64,000 bases of DNA from Octopus vulgaris (taxonomy: Eukaryota): contig OX597814.1 in the NCBI GenBank assembly GCA_951406725.2, forward strand, positions 61,752,001-61,816,000. The letters are read 5' to 3'. A program made the position numbers and the translations under genes. The notes beneath the pieces are model-generated. The model had not been told where the DNA came from and ran no database searches. It saw only the letters and a list, made by a program, of their open reading frames with translations. Shown piece after piece: positions 41,723 to 55,917 of this stretch (the first letter of the stretch is position 1; each line of letters begins with the position of its first letter).

Positions 41723-42292
41723 AAGGCGTGGAGCTGGGAGAAACGTTGGCTCGCCAGGCGAAATGCTTTGCGGTATTTCGTCTGCCGCTACGTTCTGAGT
41801 TCAAATTCCGCTGAGGTCGACTTTGCCTTTCATCCTTTCGGGGTCGATTAAATAAGTACCAGATACACACTGGGGTCGATATAATCGACTTTACCCGTTT
41901 GTCTGTCCTTTTTTTCCCTCTCTTTGTTTAGCCCCTTGTGGGTAGTAAAGAAATAGGTATTTCGTGCGTTTTTACGTTCTGAGTTCAAATTCCGTCGAGG
42001 TTGACTTTGCCTTTCATTCTATTGAGGTCGATGAAATGAGCACCAGTTGAGCACTGGGGTCGATGTAATCGACTTCATCAAAATAAGGTGATGAGCTGAC
42101 AGAATCGTTCGCACGCCGGGTAAAATGTTTAGCGGCATTTCGTCTGTCTTGACGTTCTGAATTCAGATTCCGTCAAGATGACTTTTGCCTTTCATCCTTT
42201 CGGGGTTGACAAAATAAGTAGCAGGTGAACACTGGGGTTGATGTAATCGACTTACTCAGAAATTGCTGGCCTTGTGCCAAAACTTGAAATTT
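41723..42292 (+). mobile_element. Cluster of three tRNA-derived SINE copies (octopus OK-like family)
   Basis: Repeated gagctggcagaa..gttagc..gccgg..aaatg...gttctgagttcaaattccg..gaggtcgactttgcctttcatcctttcggggtcga...cactggggtcgatgtaatcgact consensus. Confidence 0.85.
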
Positions 42293-42324
42293 TATTAATG
42301 TTCCGTTGTAATAATACAATAAAG

Positions 42325-42560
42325 CTCTAGTGGTTAGGGTGTTGCACGCAAAAATCATTATTTCTTTTCCTAGACTGAGCAATGTTGTAGATCTTGAGCA
42401 AAACACATCATTTCACGTTGGTCCAGTCCACTCAACTGTAAACGAGTAGCCGCGCGACGGACTCGCGTCCCGTTTAGGTGGGATGTTGTAGTCTCGATCA
42501 TTTAAACGCCATGGAAACGGGGTAACCGGTCTATGAATCTTAGGACTCAAGGGAACTTAA
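42325..42560 (+). mobile_element. Old tRNA-derived SINE with a conserved central domain (CORE/V-domain-like)
   Basis: ttgagcaaaacac..tccagtccactcaactgtaaacgagta..gcgacggactcgcgtcccgt..acgccatggaaacgggg; a related 3' piece lies in reverse at ~1850-1928. Confidence 0.5.
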
Positions 42561-45317
42561 TTACTACTCTATCACTGCACTACTGTATTACGCAGGGGAA
42601 CAATTTTCAACATAGTTTCTGTTGAGTTTACTTTTTCACTTGATTTAGACTAAAATTGGTATGCTGATTTCAAAACTTCAGTCAGGTTTCTTCTGTAACG
42701 GGAGATATTAATTAGTAAACAATATTATGAAATATCAGAGTCAGCAGTTGCAATGCTAAAAAATTATTGTTATAATTGCATACTGTAGGATGTGAAAGAT
42801 GAACAATGCATGAAATTTTAAGGAAATATTTATTTACCGTTACGTTACAATACCTTGCCTCGACGGGCAGGTTATGATAAATCCAAAAGCATGCGAAGTA
42901 AAGTTTGTGTTTGTGTCCTCTTCAATGTTTAGTAGTAAATACGGAGAGAGATATGATGATGTTGTAAGAGAACAGAATTAGAGCTAGTGAGAGTTGTAGG
43001 GTGTGGGACTTTGTCTCACAATTGCTGACAGTAAACTTCCTTTCTCCCTCTGACCATGGTTCTAGCTGGTCAGTCAGACTTCGTTGTCACCAAACTGACT
43101 AACTGGTTGAGTCGTCACCATGTAACTGGACTCGTTGATTTGTCACCGAATGATTTTTATTTGGGGTGTTCTTGCTTTTATAACTATCCAGAAGGATAGA
43201 TATATCATTGAGAACAATAGATTTAGTTGGTGGTCTTATCTCTATTCTAGCTTTTGGTGAAGTAGAAGAGGTTAGAAAGGCTCAAGTGGTGAAGACATTA
43301 TTTCGGCCTCGCTAAAAGCATCTGGAAAATGTAAAACTGCTGTCAGAGAAAAACCATTGTTCCACCGTGGGAAAAGTTCTGTTGCAGTGTTAATTTAAAT
43401 TTGGCTATGCTGGATCGAATCCAATTCATGCATGCAAGATCCACTACACTTCTATCAGGTTTTTTTTACAGCTTACTTTTTGAATTACCGCAGTTGTATT
43501 GTTTTTCAATAAGTAATATACTGGTCAGATGCTTTTATTATTTCATTATATCATTGCTTTCCCTTACTACCATCACTGTGCTACCGTACTCTTCAACCAC
43601 AACTATACTTAATTACCATCACTTACTCCTACCACTATTTTCTGTTACTATTATTGTACTCTACTACTATCACATTTACTACTGCTGCCCCATACTTTAG
43701 TATTTTCGCTAGAGTTCCTTTCTGTAGGTGCAGCAACCTAATATTTTTGGTGGGCAGTAGGATGCGATATATTGTGACGTTTTTGCCCAAAAGTATTTTC
43801 AAGATTAAGTGAAGTAACGGTGTGTCGATCAAGAAAAATGTAATATTTCAACCGTTATACGTGTTTATGTAACCGTTATGTTTTATTAGGTTGTGCGTTT
43901 GATTCCTGGACCTGTTTGAGTGAGATACATTATTTCACGTTACTCCTGTACCCTCACCAGTCTTACGTTCTCGATGTTCCACTGGGGCAAAGATAGGAGA
44001 ATCGAGAGGGTGTATAATATCTACTCGTGACTACATAGACAACTAAAATAAATTAGTTTATGGTAGGTGCTTGCGACCATTCTTGCTACCAAATTATAGT
44101 TGTTTGCGAGTGACTGCTATGCTCCATGATTGTAAACATTTTTTCCTTTAAGAATGAAATTGACATTCAAATTAACTTTCAGAACACAAAAATTTATTTA
44201 CATTGTTTCCATTGCAGAATTCTAAGGCTTTTCTCGAAGCTAAATTAAGAATATATTGAAAACGACAAAATTCAAATATACTTGTTCGCTGTTTGAATCT
44301 TTTTACAGAAACATCTTTTGGTAATATCTAAAGTTTGAATAGTAAGTGCTCTTATAGAAATATTTAGTGTGTTTCTATAGTTCGGTCACCATTAAGGAAG
44401 TTTTTGAATATTTTCTTTCCTTCGGACTTTCTTTATTTTTATGTTTTTGATTACCAAAATCTCACTTAACACGGCTTCTTGCCTCTCCATTTCTACCGTT
44501 GCTACAAGGTGTTCAACTGTTAAGAACTAATTCGCTACACACTGTCTCCGTCTCTACCAACCCGATATCCCAGTGTCTTCTTCCGTCGTCTATACTACGT
44601 CATACTATTCATGCCTATCTCTAAAATACTTTGCTAAATTCTTTTTCCTATGCCCGTTTGAGCTCTTTCGAAACTCTTTGCAGCCCTTCTTGACAACGCT
44701 CTTTTCCAGCACATAACGGCTGACAGGGGTCCAAATCTTTCCGGTCTTGGAAGACCTACAAATATCACAGGTATCAACCAGCTAATTGATTAAATTCTTT
44801 TCCTACATATATTCTAGAAGAAACGGCTGTTCCTGTTATGGTTTATTCTCAGATCAACTCTAATCTAGCTGGATAAGGCTTAAAAGTATTCTTGCCATGA
44901 CCAGCCTATCCCATTTGGTTGATTTTTCTCGCAGATTATGTTCTTAGCAGGACATATCAATACGTCTGGTATACTGCCATCAAAAAAGCCGAGGTTTCAT
45001 ATCTTGTTACCGGTGGTATTCTTTACGCTTCGTCAACACATTTAGATTTGAACGACTCAGTCTTCTTAGCTGTAAGTAGGTACCATAACATGGTACATTT
45101 CGCTGCTGTAGAACTAAATGAAATACAGTGCTTATACAGTATTGTTTAGCCTGCAAAGCTAATTTTGCAAGCTGACTTACACCTCTGAATACTGTACATA
45201 GAGAGGAAGACATTCACACTAGCCTCACTCCTTACAATTCAGTTGACTTTGATAATAATCATAACACAGATATCACAATATATTGTGAATAGTATCACCG
45301 ACGTTGTCGTCATAGCC

Positions 45318-45329
45318 ATCATCACCACC

Positions 45330-45397
<68 letters not shown>

Positions 45398-45479
45398 ATA
45401 TCATCTGCTCTAAGCAAGTTAACACGGTTCGACATATTGGCCTTTTGTGAAGTACATTCATCATCATCATCAACATCAC

Positions 45480-45520
<41 letters not shown>
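45318..45520. repeat. (CAT)n/(CAC)n microsatellites; (CTA)n nearby at 46262-46359
   Basis: Direct inspection; the two (CAT)n tracts are followed by related tails (tctgctcta.gcaagtt..aacac.gttc), suggesting a local duplication. Confidence 0.9.
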
Positions 45521-45522
<2 letters not shown>

Positions 45523-46276
45523 TTTATCATGTATCGTCTGCTCTAGGCAAGTTGCATAACACAGTTCACCATGTCGGTCTTTCGGGAACTGTATTCACTG
45601 TATCTTACAGATCTTCATACTGTCCATCCACGCAATTCTTTGTTATCCTTTTCCTCTTTTCCAGTCATTTTACCCTGTATTAACAATATCTGTAAACAAC
45701 TTACAGTATGAAGATCTGTAATATACAGATTAACAACTTTATTAACTCCTGAATAAAAACGTTGTTCTAAACTGTTTTGTCAACGCCATTCTTTATTAAC
45801 CATCATTGTACCGCCATATTGTAGTAGCATTTTTGTACGACCATCGCTGCATTACAGCTATTATCCCTACAACCTCTGTACTGTTTCTGCTATATAGTCC
45901 TCCAATTGATTTACTCCCACCGCCGTACTGCAATATCACTGCTCTACTGTTATGCAGTCGTGGGCTCTCCCGTCGTAGAAGGCGGATGGGGGTTCTGCAG
46001 TTTCTTTATGAACAACCTACACAGGTGATTCACTTGTAGTGATCAAATGTTTGAGCTGTAAATGAGCTCACAGCCTCGATCGAATCGACATTGCCTGCAC
46101 AGATGTACGGTGTGCCACAATTCAGATGTCGATGTAATCGTAGAGCAACATGAGATTAAGTGGTTTGCATAGGAGCACAACGCACCGTCCGATCTCGTGA
46201 TCGTGAATACAACACCAAAACCACTAGACCATGCGTCATTACACTGTAAAGCACAACTTCCACTACTACTGTACTG

Positions 46277-46359
<83 letters not shown>

Positions 46360-47030
46360 CTTGACTGTACTGTACTATAACCACAAATAGTATGATGTAT
46401 CTGTCCATGCATCTTCGTTGCTGAAAACTAAACAAAGAACCATACGCATTGCCTTGACCAGTAATAGCTATATTTATTACTGTTGACTTGTTTGTTCAAC
46501 GAATGCACCCATGTCCCTAGCAAGATTAACAAATGCGAACCCGCTCCACACACACATCCGAGACAGGGGCTCTAATTCAGACCTATATATGTTGTGGCTT
46601 GCAGTTAATAAATAAAAACTATATGACTCAGTGCATTGGTTTGCTCGAGGCTCTAAAACGTTGCTAAGTCGACTCTACACACTCCTTCTCGTCCATCAGC
46701 AACATAGTACGGAAGAAAGAAATTTCCTTCGATACTCTAGTGTAATATCCAAGATGTATCAGCTGGCGGGAGAGAGGCAAGTAGTCTGCTGGTACTCATT
46801 TTCAGCTGAGAAGATGTGAAATGAAGTGAAATGCAAAGTGAGGTGAAGTACCTTCCTCAAAGACACAAGGTACTCCACGGTCACGGAATCAAACTTATGT
46901 CATTATGCACAAGAGCCTTTCCTTGGAGGAAGAATTCGTAGTTTAAGTTCAAATCCTTTTGAGCACTATGTTTTCTATAATGAGCATACCCAACTCTCAC
47001 CTATTGTCTGTATAAATATCTATGTGTGTG

Positions 47031-47081
<51 letters not shown>

Positions 47082-47644
47082 TTGCGCGTGTGTGTGTGTA
47101 GGCGTATTTGTGTACATAGTCTAAAGTGATTCCATCTGTGCGAGTATCTGTCAGTATAGCTGAGCCGTCGTCATAGTAGTGACAACTGACGGGTCACTAG
47201 TTTACATTCCGAAAACAGCTTGCAGCTTCTGCAGTCCAGATATTGATATACCTATATAATTATTTTGAATATTTATGTGAAATATGTATGTATGTATGCA
47301 TGTATGTATGTATGTATGTATGTATGTATGTATGTATGTATGTATGTATGTATGCATGCATGCATGTATGTATGCATGAATGCATGCATGCATGCATGCA
47401 TGCATGTATGCATGTATGTATGTATGTATGTATGTATGTATGTATGTATGAATGCATGCATGTACGTACGTATGTATGTATGTATGTATACATGATTATA
47501 TATATGTACATATCGATAATGGCCGAAATTGCGCTCGACCCTCTGGCCGATAACTGAAGAGGAATTGGTGACCTTCTATGTTTTCCGTTCGTCTGTGAAT
47601 TTAGTATGTTTGTGTGTGTGTGTGTGTGCATATATATATATATA

Positions 47645-47868
47645 TTTCTTTACTACCCACAAGGGGCAAAACATAGAGGGGACAAACAAGTACAAACAAA
47701 GGGATTAAGTCGATTGCATCGACCCCAGTGCGAAACTGGTACTTTATTTATCAACCCCGAAAGGATGAAAGGCAAAGCCGACCTCGGCTGAATTTGAACT
47801 CAGAACGTAGCGGCAGGCGAAATACCGCAAAGCATTTCTCCCGGCGTGCTAACGTTTCTGCCAGCTCG
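47645..47868 (-). mobile_element. OK-like SINE
   Basis: Near-identical to 36797-37025. Confidence 0.85.
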
Positions 47869-47989
47869 ATGTATATATGTATATGTATGTTTATATGTAT
47901 ATGTATGTATATATATATGTGTGTGTGTGTGTGTATGTATATATATATGTATACATATGTATATATATACGTGTATATATATATACATG

Positions 47990-48095
<106 letters not shown>

Positions 48096-48179
48096 ATCCA
48101 AACATGAAAACACAACAACGCGAGGACGTGGAACAAGTATAGTATTATTGGACGCTGAGGAAAGAGGGAAAGAAGGAGG

Positions 48180-48214
48180 GTTTAACGTTTCGAGCGGAGC
48201 TCTTCGTCGGAAAC
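48180..48214 (-). ncRNA. Minimal hammerhead-like motif (U4C core variant)
   Basis: Minus strand gttt-CCGACGA-a-gagc-tcc-gctc-GAAACGTT-aaac: 4-bp helices I and II, palindromic AACGTT in place of helix III. Confidence 0.55.
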
Positions 48215-48414
48215 ATAGGAAAAGGAAAGCTCCAAAGAAGGGAAGACGGAGGAAAAAAATCGCCAACGGTACACACGCGGTCACATTTTGAATGTATGTA
48301 AATGTATATATACATGTGCATATATATATATGTATATATGCTTAAGTATGTATATACATATATGAATGTATGCATATATGTATGTATGCATATATATGTA
48401 TGTATAAGTATATG

Positions 48415-48447
<33 letters not shown>

Positions 48448-49552
48448 GTGTGTGTGTATTTATATATATGTATGTATCTGTATATATGTATATATATATA
48501 TATTCACACGTATGTATATATTTTTCTGTTTCTATCTATTTATACACACACACACGTATACATATATATATATATATATATACACATATATATAAGTACA
48601 TATATATATATATATATATATACATACATACATACGTATGTACGTACATACATACATACATACATACATACATACATACATACATACATACATACATACA
48701 TACATACATACATACATACATACATACGTACGTACGTACATACATACAAATATACAGATGCTCGATATGTCCATTTAATAATATATTATTTACATAAACA
48801 TAAATTTTAAACGCAAATCTTTGGAGCTATGAAGAACATTCCGTACCAAGCTATTTGTTTGGAAGTTATAAGAAATATTAAACATTAAGGAACATTATGA
48901 GACATCATGTTTCGAGTAATCTGGGAATTACATGTGCATTATTATATTTAAGGCATAGGGATATATTTCTTTTGAGGTTGGCGCCAAATGTTCAAGCTAG
49001 GATATACTTGTATAATGCACCTTTCATTACGACCTAGCATCTACGTCTGACATCTATCTTACCGATGAAAGATTTTAAAACAACGCCGTTGTACATGAAA
49101 GAATACTTGAACAAATTTTGCAATTTTCTTTCCATAAATAAGTATCAGTTCTAACATGGAAATATAAGAAATCGTGCCAACGAAATATATAGTTGCTGTG
49201 TTCACGAAATTCAGCTATGTAGTCCAACGGAAATTTGGTTTGAGCATTAACAAAATACTTTATCTGTTTTTACGAAAATGTGTTACAGTCTTCCCGAAAA
49301 TACAGCTATGGTGTTGATAGACATGTAAAATATATAAAGTTAATATAATAGTGTACTACATCGCTAGTGGATTAGCGGTAACAGTAGAATGCTTTGTGCT
49401 ATAAATGACATCATTTTTACTTACTGAGTTCTAATCCTGCCACTGTTAATTTCATCTTTCAGTACTCAAGAGCCTATTAACCTTTTGTTAGTCACATGGG
49501 TTGTGTTGTCACCCCAAAATTTTTTAAATGCTCGTAATTTCTAGTAGGCAAC

Positions 49553-49602
<50 letters not shown>

Positions 49603-49626
49603 GTTATTATTATTATTATTATTATT

Positions 49627-52178
49627 CAGTAGTTTTATTTTTATAGCGTGCTTTCACTTCACTACCGAGCACAGCTCTGTGTGCCTTGGGTATGTGCTGT
49701 GATTTGTTGTGATGCTCTGATGGTTATTGTATGGAAAGTGTTCTGCGTAGGATGTGTGCAGTGCCTAGTAGTGCAATTTTCTGTATGTTATATGTGTTTG
49801 TAAGTCCTGGTGTTTTTGTTATGTATTTGTCTGAATATTTTTTTATCATGCCTAATGCACCTACTATGATAGGAATTGTTTCTGTTTTCAGATTCCACAT
49901 TCTAGTTACCTCTATTTCCAGGTCTTTGTATTTTGAGAGTTTCTCCATTTCTTTTAGAGACACGTTGTCATCTGCCGGTATTGATACATCAATTAGAAAG
50001 CATTTTTTTCTTCATGATCTCTGACAACTATATCTGGTCTGTTGGCCTTAATTTCTCTATCTGTGTGTATCGGCATATCCCAGAGTATGGTTGCTTTCTC
50101 GTTTTCTGTGACCTTTTCTGGTGTGTGCCTATACCATCTTTTTTCCGTTGTTATTCCATAATGTTGGCATAGCTTCCAATGTATGTAGGTTCCAACTCTG
50201 TCATGTCTGTGAATATATTCCTTCTTAGCCAAGACTGGGCAGCTAGAGATAATATGATTTATTGTTTCTTGTCCATCTCCACATATTCTGCAGTTACTTG
50301 TAATATTTCTTTTCATTACATGTTTTTGGTAATTTCTGGTGGGGAGGCTTTGGTCTTGTGCTGCAATTAAAAATCCCTCTGTCTCTGCTTTGAGTCCTGA
50401 GCTTCTCAACCATTGCTGGGATTTTTCTTTGTCTATTTCTTTTGCGTTTAGTGAAGGGGCTTTTCTTGCCATCGTTTTATTATGGTTCGTTGCTGTTCTA
50501 TTTTTAGTTTGGATTTCATTTGTTTTATAGCTTTTGTTGTTTCTTCATCTTCTTCTTCTTCTTCATGTTTATTAGGTGGTATGATTTCTTGTTTGTATTT
50601 GTCAGCTTCCTTAAATACTGAGAACAGTTTTTTTGTTTTGCTCGTGTTTTGCCGCTATCTGGATCAGTTTTCCTTCCTTCTGAAGTAGATATTTTTGCAG
50701 TCCTATGGTGGTTATTTTATAGTAGTTTTCCAGCTGTATAAGGCCTCTACCACCTTCTATACGTTGTATATATAGTCTTTCTATGTCAGATTTTGGGTGA
50801 TGCATCCTAGATCCTGTCATTATTTTTCTTGTTTCCCTATCTATTTTGGTCAGTTCATTTCGTGTCCAGTTAAGGATATTGTAGCTGTAACTTATAACTG
50901 GGACAGCTAAAGTGTTGATACCTATTATCTTGTTTTTAGCATTGAGCTCTGTGTTTAGTATTGATCTAACTCGTCTATAATATTCTTTTTTTATTTTCTC
51001 TTTCATTTGTGTGTGTTGTGTCTTATCTAGTTCATGGATTCCTAAGTATTTGTAAGTTTGGCTTTGGTCTAATTCTTTTATTTCATTGGTTTTATCTAGT
51101 GTGATGTTGTTACTCTTAACTAGTTTTCCTCTTTTCAGGGTTACTTTGGCGCATTTTTCTAATCCAAATTTCATATCTATTTCTTTGGTAAATCCATGAA
51201 CTGTCTTTAATAGTGTTTCCAGCTGTTTGTCATTTGCAGCGAATAGTTTTAGGTCATCCATATATAAAAGGTGGCTGATCGTTTTGCCGTAAAATTTATA
51301 TCCGCATCCAGTTCTATTTAGCATATCAGATAGAGGTGACAGTGCCAAGCAGAAAAGGAGTGGAGAGAGCGTGTCTCCCTGGAATATTCCTCTTCTAATA
51401 GGGATGTCTTTGGTTTTCACGAGTCCCTCTTTTGTTTGGAGGTGTAGGACTGTTTGCCATTTATTCATAGAGTGCTCTATGAATTTTATGATTGTTGGTG
51501 CTACTTTGTTAATGGCTAGTGTTTCGAGGATCCATGTGTGGGAGATGCTATCAAACGCCTTTTTGTAGTCAATCCAGGCCATACTGAGGCCTTTCTTCTT
51601 TCTGTGGCTGTCTTCAGTTATGGCTTTATTAATCATTAGTTGATCTTTACAGCCATATGAGCCTTTGCGGCATCCTTTCTGCTCTTCTGGGAACAGTTTG
51701 TTTTCGTCCAGGTGCTTGTTCAGCCTTTGTGATATCACTGCAGTAAATGCCTTGAACATAGTAGGGAGGCAGGTTATTGGTCTGTAGTTTTCTGGTTTTT
51801 CTGTTTCCTTTGATTTGGGAATTAAGATGGTTTTCCCCTTCGTGAGCCATTCAGGCATTGTCTCTGGCTCTGCTAGTTTTTAGCCAGCTTTTTGTGCATT
51901 CCTGTTAGATATTTCAACCAGAAGTTGGGGATCTTGTCATGCCCAGGTGCTTTCCAGTTGCTTAGTCTTTGCAGTGCCTGGGTGACCTCTTCAGTTGTTA
52001 TGGGGTCCAAAGTTGTTCAGATGCCGAGTTTGTTATTCTGATAGTCCTTTTTTTTGGTGGTTCGTTCGCCGACCATATTTCTCCCCAGAATTCTTCCAAT
52101 TCTTCTGCCGTTGGTGCTGCAGTGACTTCTATTTTATTTTTTCCCAGTTCTTGGTAGAACTTTTTGGGGTTAGAGTTG
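49627..52178 (-). mobile_element. R4-clade (Dong-like) non-LTR retrotransposon, 5'-truncated and frameshifted
   Basis: ORF pieces 51998-52178, 50611-51858, 49993-50472 and 49724-49963. RT motifs YRPITCL, DYKKAFDS, GIFQGDTLSP, LYMDD; CCHC knuckle CRICGDGQETINHIISSC; restriction-like endonuclease NRPDIVV...KLSKY. Flanked on both sides by (AAT)n on its sense strand. Confidence 0.9.
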
Positions 52179-52226
<48 letters not shown>

Positions 52227-52894
52227 AATAATATTATTATTATCTCCCTTCCTCTACTCTTCTGACTCGGTGAGAGTGTGTTGCGGGTGGTATGGCGCAG
52301 TCGCGGCTCAGTTGTCGTGGTAGGTAGACGTCGTTTTTGCCAAGTCACCACAAGTTTTGATTTCATGCATATTGTAACGAAGATTGCCTGTTATGCTATT
52401 TTTTTAATGTTAATATTCATCATAGACATGAAAAAATTCCACGAAATGGTTTATTCTGTGGTATTTTCAAAATAAATGAGATCTGAATCAAAGATTTTAA
52501 AAAACTTTTCCTTAATTTTCTCATTCATTTTATTGTATTGTTTTATATTAATATCAATCAGCTACAAGAGTTTAAAACTTCTCAGCAGTGATTGCAGATA
52601 TATCCTGAACCAATAGAATGAGTATATTTTGCATAATACTAAAACTATAAACATTTTCGTATTGGGGTATGTAAACATTCCATGCGACTAATCTTGATCT
52701 GAAAGGTCAGGTGACTGACGAAGGGTTAAGTAGAGGCCATTGTTTATATAGACTGTCTGTCATTGAACAGGTTTAACACAATCAAAACCGTTTCAACCCT
52801 GACAATTTCGTTCTTTTTTTTTTTAAAGAAAATGGTGTGGTGGACCTGGCGCTGTAAATCTAGAACTACGTTATTCCAAACTTTTTTCCTTATT

Positions 52895-53085
52895 TTTTCT
52901 TACGTTCTGAGTTCAAATTCCAGCGAGGTCAACTTTGCTTTATATCCTTCCAGAGATCGATAAAATGAATACCCTTGCAACCTTTCGGAAATCGATTAAA
53001 TAGATACCCGTTGCACACTGGGGTTGATGTAACCGACTTACCCACTCACTCAAAATTGCTGACTTTGGACCAAAATTTGAAATCA
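52895..53085 (+). mobile_element. OK-like SINE fragment
   Basis: tacgttctgagttcaaattccagcgaggtcaactttgc...cactggggttgatgtaaccgact. Confidence 0.7.
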
Positions 53086-54028
53086 ATATTCCGAAATGGA
53101 TAGCATCAATTGACTATATTAATTCATTACAAGTATGTGACCTCATACCAACAATAAATATCAATGCAATGTAGTAGTGTTAACAACATAACATTTTATT
53201 TTGTACTTTCTCGTCTCTTTGAGAAAAAAGTACTTGTAAACTGTTTTATGTTAAACTCAATGAATTTATTATACCAATTCTTCATTTTAAACAGGTGTAA
53301 GTTAACAGATGGTGGGAGGAAATAAGATGGTTAAGATGGACAAAGCGAGGGTGGCGTGTAGAAAATCTACTTCTGAGGGCAGATCTAGATAGAATGGGTT
53401 AAATTTAGCAAGTTCGCAAACGCGAAGCTAGTAAGCAGAATCAGTTCTCGGACGCAGAGAAAAATAAGAAAGTGGCACCTAGATAGTGTGTGGAGGTGTT
53501 GACGTGCATATATAATTAGACATCGCTTTTCTTGAACAAATCTTAATATGCATAAGATAAATGCGTTATTCTCTGTGTAACAACTGTTGTATAACTTGGT
53601 GTATTTCCTTAGGTTTTAAAAGTTAGCTGTTGTTCATTTGACGTAATTTTAACTCCCACGTGAAAGGGTAACCTTTATGATTCTGTTTTAATCAACAAAG
53701 GAATACCTTCAAGATGTGTGAAATATGCATAATTGATAAGAAGGGGGCATTGAGAGGTCTGGTTTTGATTTCTCCTCTCACGTTCTTTTTCTTTCTCTTC
53801 TACTTTCTCAATATACCATATTTTGTCTATCGTTTTCTTCCTATTTTCAATTAGTCTCTCTCTATTTCTTATAGTTCAAAAGTAGAATTGAACGCTTGCC
53901 AGTTGGCTTCGGCGCTCCCTAGTGGATCAGTTTGGAAAAACAATAAACGATATCTAAATATTCCACTATAGACTAGATTGGCGCCTTGAAAATAACATTT
54001 TTCTCTTGAAAACTACTTTAACAACCTC

Positions 54029-54108
<80 letters not shown>

Positions 54109-54921
54109 AATCAACGTCTGATGCGATAACTGTGTTGATATATGCCGCAAGCAGGTTGAAATCGTCAATCTAATTTTCGATTCTCCGCTGCTGCTATTTT
54201 ATTTTACATACAATAAACCTTCGGAAAATGTCTTTCGTAATTAACGTTGTATCAAAAACCCAATAAGAATAAGCCCTTTGTATAATTGCTCAAGCTGCTA
54301 GAAATGCACCCAAATCTCTCTGAAATCTTACCTTGCTGTCTAAAAAATGGAAGAACGCATTGTCAATGTTGTCCTGGTTACACAATTTTAATAAGACTGC
54401 TCAGAGCCAGAACGTTTTTGATCGAGGTAACACAACATAATTATCGCACAGTTTAATACTAGCACATGATCTCTGGTGTTTTTAGGGAGGTCCACTCTGT
54501 TGCTAGCATTTGGCTCAGGTCCCCAGTCTAAATTTAATACCTTCCCTACTTTCCATTAGTCTTGGAATCCCTGAAAAAGGTCATGGCCGATACCTTTCAC
54601 TTTCTGACCAAGCGATAACAAATTAATAACAATATCATATTAATCTTTAAAATAACTTTCATTTGACGTCAGCCTTGCTTTACATTAAACACCCAAGATA
54701 TTGCTATTAATTATGCGAAACCAATTTTTAAAGTCCTATATTGTCTTTTGCAAAATTTCACATTTTCTTTACAATCGTTACACCTTTTGACTTCTGGGAT
54801 TTCGAATTATTGAACTTTCTAACATTCTCCATTAGACAATGTCTCGATATATGTTATATGTTTGAGAAATTGTAAAATTATATTTTATTGATATACTTAT
54901 TTTACCTTTTTCTTTTGCCAG

Positions 54922-55023
54922 ACGATAGCAATTATTGCGAGAGGATATTCGATGGATTTCTTTGTTGGGAAAAAACAAAACCAGGAAAAAGGGCCTTCAT
55001 GCCATGCCCGTTTAACCCAGAAG
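54922..55023 (+). CDS. Internal coding exon of a class B (secretin-family) GPCR, extracellular hormone-binding domain
   Basis: Polypyrimidine acceptor ttttcttttgccag| and donor GAAG|gtaagt; 102 bp, phase 1-1. Reads DSNYCERIFDGFLCWEKTKPGKRAFMPCPFNPE, matching the C-x3-(W/F)DG-x2-CW-x4-PG-x6-CP signature of calcitonin/CRF/PDF/DH-type receptors. Confidence 0.85.
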
Positions 55024-55917
55024 GTAAGTATATTGAGTTCCTTATTTATTTTATAATGTTTCTTTGTTGTTATTATTGTGTTTTTTTTCACTCAGGGCAG
55101 CCTTAATTTAGAAGAATTATTGTCGAAGAGGTACCAGCTGTGAACATCCCGTCTTTTTCCTACACACATTGCACCCAGAGTATCAGTTGATATATCTTTC
55201 TTTGATTAAGACATTAGGGTGTGACTAAAAAGGAGAATTTATCTGGTATTTCAGTGAGTTCCCACTGATATTGTTATCTGCCAATATAGGCAGTTAATAA
55301 AATGCCTCGAGTGTATTAAGTTATACTATCATATTCGATACGTTAATCATGATGAACGGCAGTTATATCAGTTGCTGTCATTGTTATTTATCATATTAGC
55401 TCTGATCCATCAAACTTATGATCAAAGAAGTTCCAGGCTTGATTAATACATCTTATATTCTGACAGAGTGCAATTAGAGTCACATTGTCCAACATACACT
55501 TCCCTTTTCCCTTCTTTAGATGCCATGCCCAGAATGTAGGACATAGGCGATCATGTCCTTCCATAATATTCTGTTTCTGTTTCCTTTAACAGTTCCACTT
55601 CCTGATGTTTAATGTTTCTTTCTTCCAAACAGTTCGTCAAGCTTAAAAACCATATCATTCTTCTCCTTCCTCCTGCTCCTTTTCCCTACAATTTTTTCAG
55701 TCAAGGACAAATTGTCCAGGCACCCCTTTCTTCATCACATGACCAAGAAGTCTCAGTTGCCTGACCCTTACCTCACAAAGCAGTTTTTTTTTTATTTACC
55801 GCAGACCGGGTCATCAACTCATCATTATACACTTTGTCCATACCATCCTCAATATTCTCCTTAAGAACCACGTTTCACAGCTCTTCCGGCACCTTCTCAT
55901 TTTTTTATGTTATAGAT

